Below are positions 60,274 through 64,000 of a DNA stretch of 64,000 nucleotides, in pieces. Position numbers and translations under genes: made by a program. Under the pieces are notes generated by a model. The model was not told the DNA's origin, made no database searches, and saw only the letters and a program-made list of their open reading frames with translations. Within the stretch, counting starts at the first letter, position 1, and every line of letters begins with the position of its first letter. This stretch comes from an uncultured Flavobacteriaceae bacterium (GTDB lineage: Bacteria > Bacteroidota > Bacteroidia > NS11-12g > UBA955), in the NCBI GenBank assembly GCA_964626685.1, contig CAZVJY010000010.1, forward strand, positions 1,499-65,498, read 5' to 3'.

Positions 60274-62517
60274 TTAATCCTTGGAATCCAGCTTGAACCG
60301 CACGCCAAAGTAAATTTCCCGGCCGCGGGTAGGTCCCCAAACCGATGAGGTATCAAAATAAGGGCTGAAAGGATTTTGCCACGAAATAATGGGTTGCAGC
60401 TGCCTGAAATCCATGATGTTTTCGCATCCGCCGTAAACCTCCACTTTCTTGAAAATTTTGGTAAACTGTGCATTCACCACGGTGTAGGGATTTGAGAAGT
60501 CAGGGCGGCGGAATTCTTCCGGGTTGGATTTTGTGTCGGGTAGACGCTGTTTGCCGTAGCGATGTATGTTTACATCAAAGTGAAACTGTTCATTAAGCGG
60601 TTTATAGCTGAAAGTGGTAAGCAGTTTATGCCTGGGATTAAATGGCAGCAGTTGCTTACGGCCATTTATTTCCCTGTACACATCCAGGAAGTTGTAGCCA
60701 GCTTTCAGCTCAATTCTTTGCTGAATTTTCAGATATACCTCCATCTGAAATCCATTGCTGATACTCTTGTCGGTGAAATTCTGAATGATGGCCTTGGTAG
60801 GGTCGGTATCATAATCGGGAAAAATCTGGTTTTGGAAACGGGTTTGGTAAAAATCCGCGCTAAGGTAACCCGATAGGTTTTCGTCGGCAGATTCGAATTT
60901 GTGGGTGAAGTTGATGCCCATATTGGTCGCTCTCTCCGGTTGCAGGGTTTCGGCGAATACAATGTTTCTGGAACTTACCAGCAGGCCAATATTTTCGCTG
61001 AACAGGTTTACTGTTCTCCAGCCCGTGCCCACATTGGCCCTGAGAATGGTTTTTGGTGCGATGTCATATTTTAGCAGGGTTCTGGGGGTGAATTGAAATC
61101 CAAACTGATTATGGTGATCGTACCTCACGCCTGCAATCCAGGTGAGTTTGTCTTCAAAGAACCGCATGGTGTTTTCTGCGAATGCGCCCGGTATCACTTC
61201 GCGCCTGATATGTTTGCCATCGTATGTGCGGGTGAGTAGGGTATCGGTAAATGCAATGTTCTCATTCAGGTAAAGATGGCGCAGGCTAAAGCCGCTTTTC
61301 AGTGTGTGATTCGCATAACTCCACTCGTGCTGAATATTGGCGTATGCTTGATTTTGCCTGGCATCGTACTTCACGGTGCCGAAAAAAGAATTCTGTTGCT
61401 GGTGAAATGCCGAAGCAAAAAGCAACAGGTTGTGGTTTTTATTGAAGCGGTATCCTGTTTTGGTCCAGAATTCGGGATGGTTAACATTAACCGTTTGTCC
61501 GTAAACGGCGGTGCTACCCTGGTCTGTTTCAGCATTAAAAAAGGTTTGGCCGCCAATGCGCTGTTCATTCAAAAAACGAATACCAATGCGGCTGTGCCAG
61601 CCTGTTTCCTGTTCATTGCCGTATTTCCATTTATTGAAAATCATATAACGCCTCAGAAGTGGTAAATCCAAAAACCGGTCTTTGTCACGGTCAATTTTAC
61701 CTGCCGGTTGTATCATGTGAAAAGTGGTGAGGTTGCTCCATTTCTCTTTTTTTATGGCATAGTTGGTGTTGAAGTGCTTCTCCCCGAAATTGTTGATGTA
61801 GCCATTCAGTAACAACCTTTCCGTATTGTCGGGCTCTTTGGTTTCCACATTGATTTGGCCACTGATACTTTCAAAGCCCTGTAATACGCTGTTTGCGCCT
61901 TTGGAAACATAGATGTTGTCCACCAAAGTGCCGGGAATGCTGCTAATGCCGTAGGTGTATGACAATCCCTGAATGAGCGGAAATCCGTCTATCAAAACCT
62001 GGTTGTAAACCCCTGAAAGACCAAGAATGCGCAGTTCCTTCGAGTTGGTAATCACATTGGTGGTTTGGGGTTGCACAGTGGTCTGGGTTTCGAAACAACC
62101 GGCCAGATCGCAACAGGCGGCTTTTCCCAGTTCGGTTTGGGTAATTTGCTCAGTTTTGATGGCCAGCCTGTCGGATATAATCACCCCGTCTTTTTCCTGT
62201 TTTATTTCTACTACCTCCATCTTCTCTAACTGCTGGAGGCGAAATGTAATATAGGTTTGGTTTTCGGCGTTTAGCGTGTCGGGCAGGTAATCGGCATGGC
62301 TGGCAATCAGCAGTTTACGGGCGATACCCTCACAAACAATGCTGAATTCACCATTGCTGTTGGTGGCGGTTCCCTCTGTGGCACCGACCCAAATAACCGT
62401 GGCGCCTGCAATGGGCTGGTTTTTGCCATTCATTACTTTGCCTGTAATGGTTTGTGCAGCTACTGCCATCGACAGCAGGCAACAGAAAACAAAAACCACG
62501 GTTTTTAGCTTAAACAT
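60274..62517 (-). CDS. TonB-dependent outer-membrane receptor with an N-terminal carboxypeptidase-regulatory-like domain
   Basis: Signal peptide, a 'TGKVMNGKNQPIAGATVIWVG...NGEFSI' CarbopepD_reg-like domain, a plug and a 22-strand barrel. Confidence 0.85.
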   Translation of the reverse strand: MFKLKTVVFVFCCLLSMAVAAQTITGKVMNGKNQPIAGATVIWVGATEGTATNSNGEFSIVCEGIARKLLIASHADYLPDTLNAENQTYITFRLQQLEKMEVVEIKQEKDGVIISDRLAIKTEQITQTELGKAACCDLAGCFETQTTVQPQTTNVITNSKELRILGLSGVYNQVLIDGFPLIQGLSYTYGISSIPGTLVDNIYVSKGANSVLQGFESISGQINVETKEPDNTERLLLNGYINNFGEKHFNTNYAIKKEKWSNLTTFHMIQPAGKIDRDKDRFLDLPLLRRYMIFNKWKYGNEQETGWHSRIGIRFLNEQRIGGQTFFNAETDQGSTAVYGQTVNVNHPEFWTKTGYRFNKNHNLLLFASAFHQQQNSFFGTVKYDARQNQAYANIQHEWSYANHTLKSGFSLRHLYLNENIAFTDTLLTRTYDGKHIRREVIPGAFAENTMRFFEDKLTWIAGVRYDHHNQFGFQFTPRTLLKYDIAPKTILRANVGTGWRTVNLFSENIGLLVSSRNIVFAETLQPERATNMGINFTHKFESADENLSGYLSADFYQTRFQNQIFPDYDTDPTKAIIQNFTDKSISNGFQMEVYLKIQQRIELKAGYNFLDVYREINGRKQLLPFNPRHKLLTTFSYKPLNEQFHFDVNIHRYGKQRLPDTKSNPEEFRRPDFSNPYTVVNAQFTKIFKKVEVYGGCENIMDFRQLQPIISWQNPFSPYFDTSSVWGPTRGREIYFGVRFKLDSKD

Positions 62518-62919
62518 GTTTTATGATGATTGCAAATTTACAGGCTGTGGGTGTTAAAACTGTTTAATAAGGCTCACGTATTCAATACTTTTACTCAATG
62601 GATAAAATGGAAGTGTTTCCATTAGGGTTTACTTCACTTTCAGCTTTATCCTTAAAAATGAGCACGGCACTATTTCGAGCTTGTCTTAAAAACAAATGTT
62701 CGATAATGCCTTCCGCTTTCTAATGGGCGACAACTTCTTGTTCCTGTTTCAGTGTCTCCTGAAAATTATCTGGAAGGTTTTCCATGTCTTGGGTTAATAT
62801 GGCTTGTATATTCACAACATTGTAATTGTCAAAGTTTGCCAAAAGGCAGGCAGTTTTATGACTGACTGGGATGAATGAAACAACTGGTATGTGTTTTTCA
62901 GATCTTATGTAATAAGAGC

Positions 62920-64000
62920 CTATTTAGCCGCTGGAATAGCCACGATTCTAAAACCCACAAAACTTCGTTGTTCATTCTTGTTAAAAATACACCTGCTACC
63001 CACGGTGCAGGTCGCTTCGGGCAGGTTCCAAGCGCCTCCTTTTACAAGGTAGCCTTCTGACATGTTTTCACCGTTTTTAAATGGCATGGAAGTGCTTGTC
63101 CATTCAGCTACATTGCCCTGCATGTTGAAACAACCGGTATGGTTAGGGAAGTAAGATTGCACTTGCACAGGGTATAATCCTCCGTCAATACTGAAGTTTC
63201 CGTAAACGGGATAATAATTGGCAATGTAGCAACCCTTTGAATTGCGCAGATAATTGTTTTTAACCGGCGAGCCCGATGATTTTTTTGATGGCTTTTCAGA
63301 CAGCACCGATGCAGCACGTTCCCATTCCTGCTCTGTGGGTAGGCGGTAAACAAACCCATTAGTGTTCTTTTTGCTGAGCCACTCGCAATACATAGCCGCC
63401 TGCACCTGAGAGATACCAACCACGGGATAATTTGTGTATTTCGGATGATGGAAATAACTTATTGTCAGGGGTTCATTGTATGAATATGGAAAGTCTTCAT
63501 GCCACGCATTGGTATTGGGGTAGACTGGTATTCCTTTCCAGGTGATTCGCTTGCAGTCTAAGTTTCTCATTTGCATTTCCAGTTCCGCCCAGGTGTAGTT
63601 TTTCAGGGTGTCGCCATGAAATCGGTTTTCTGGTTCATATCTTAGCCATTCATAAGCTGTTTTTATGTACTCGGGCGCACCGTCTTTGTATTGTTTCACC
63701 ACTTCAGGTTTGTTCTCCTTTATCCACTGCCTGATGCAATCTTTAATAAACTCCCTATACTGTGCATTGCTCACTTCGGTTTTGGCTATGTAAAAATCCG
63801 GTCCGGTTGTGGTTTTAGTCATGTCAAAAACCTGATCTGCATTTAGGTGAAAACGCAGAAAATCGCTATCGTGAACATCCAAACTATCCATTTTTTCAAG
63901 ATGATTCACCCGTTGCCCGCATGGTTTGTTCGTATTCACCCGATAGTAAACGCGGTTGTTCTCATTCACCGCATATTGTTTGCCCGAAACGCGAGCCCAG
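62920..64000 (-). CDS. FGE-sulfatase/SUMF1-domain protein, GldJ/GldK (PorK)-like (3' part only; the N-terminus lies beyond the window)
   Basis: 'YRLPTEQEWERAA', 'GNVAEWT', 'GGAW' and the terminal 'GFRIV' are hallmarks of the formylglycine-generating-enzyme fold used by the gliding/T9SS lipoproteins GldJ and GldK. The reading frame is open upstream of the track's GTG at 63969, to the window edge. Confidence 0.55.
   Translation of the reverse strand, partial: WARVSGKQYAVNENNRVYYRVNTNKPCGQRVNHLEKMDSLDVHDSDFLRFHLNADQVFDMTKTTTGPDFYIAKTEVSNAQYREFIKDCIRQWIKENKPEVVKQYKDGAPEYIKTAYEWLRYEPENRFHGDTLKNYTWAELEMQMRNLDCKRITWKGIPVYPNTNAWHEDFPYSYNEPLTISYFHHPKYTNYPVVGISQVQAAMYCEWLSKKNTNGFVYRLPTEQEWERAASVLSEKPSKKSSGSPVKNNYLRNSKGCYIANYYPVYGNFSIDGGLYPVQVQSYFPNHTGCFNMQGNVAEWTSTSMPFKNGENMSEGYLVKGGAWNLPEATCTVGSRCIFNKNEQRSFVGFRIVAIPAAK

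Noticed and set aside
62518-62919. Possible cobalamin or other riboswitch in the long leader of the TonB-dependent receptor
   Set aside because: I looked for a B12-box-like 'GCCACTG' core and for TPP-like 'CTGAGA' on the transcribed strand and found neither. It is left as an unexplained long leader rather than a called riboswitch.

Overview
The window looks like core chromosome from a Bacteroidota organism, roughly 48-50% GC. The likely phylum rests on the Bacteroidota-style dcw order, four cargo genes carrying type IX secretion (T9SS) C-terminal domains, -33 TTTG / -7 TAnnTTTG promoter elements, and frequent TTG starts.

The centre of the window (9.0-24.0 kb, minus strand) is a complete, tightly packed division and cell wall (dcw) cluster: mraZ-rsmH-ftsL-ftsI-murE-mraY-murD-ftsW-murG-murC-ftsQ-ftsA-ftsZ. 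Upstream of mraZ are two sets of GTGGG repeats with 10-bp spacing that resemble MraZ operators.

Flanking housekeeping genes are:
- a 5'-partial L-2-hydroxyglutarate oxidase-like gene, a SprT-like gene, two glycosyltransferases and an FAD oxidoreductase;
- a translationally coupled trio of CCG-domain Fe-S protein, a 164-aa hypothetical and an MFS transporter;
- lipA, dnaB, clpC, ssb, an ABC-F ATPase, an FKBP isomerase, a TrmH-family methyltransferase and a SAM-dependent methyltransferase;
- an ECF sigma / anti-sigma / dapF operon transcribed divergently from an htrA/degP-like protease;
- a NlpC/P60 - M48 peptidase - Omp85 operon.

Accessory-type content is limited to:
- four T9SS cargo genes: two paralogous BNR-repeat proteins, a 1556-aa beta-helix/PKD adhesin and an Ig-like repeat protein;
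- a TonB-dependent receptor;
- a 3'-partial FGE/SUMF1-domain (GldJ/GldK-like) gene at the window edge;
- an 1124-aa membrane-anchored coiled-coil protein (DUF4175-like) coupled to a DCC-family thiol-disulfide oxidoreductase.

I found no tRNA or rRNA genes, CRISPR arrays, IS elements, integrases or recognisable defence islands. I do not see a clear-cut novel system here. The best candidates for follow-up are the putative MraZ operator architecture, the sigma/anti-sigma/dapF-htrA envelope module, the giant coiled-coil/DCC pair and the M48-Omp85 operon.

My hand-counted motif coordinates may be off by 1 nt. Gene ends follow the supplied ORF track, and some starts were moved to internal ATG codons.
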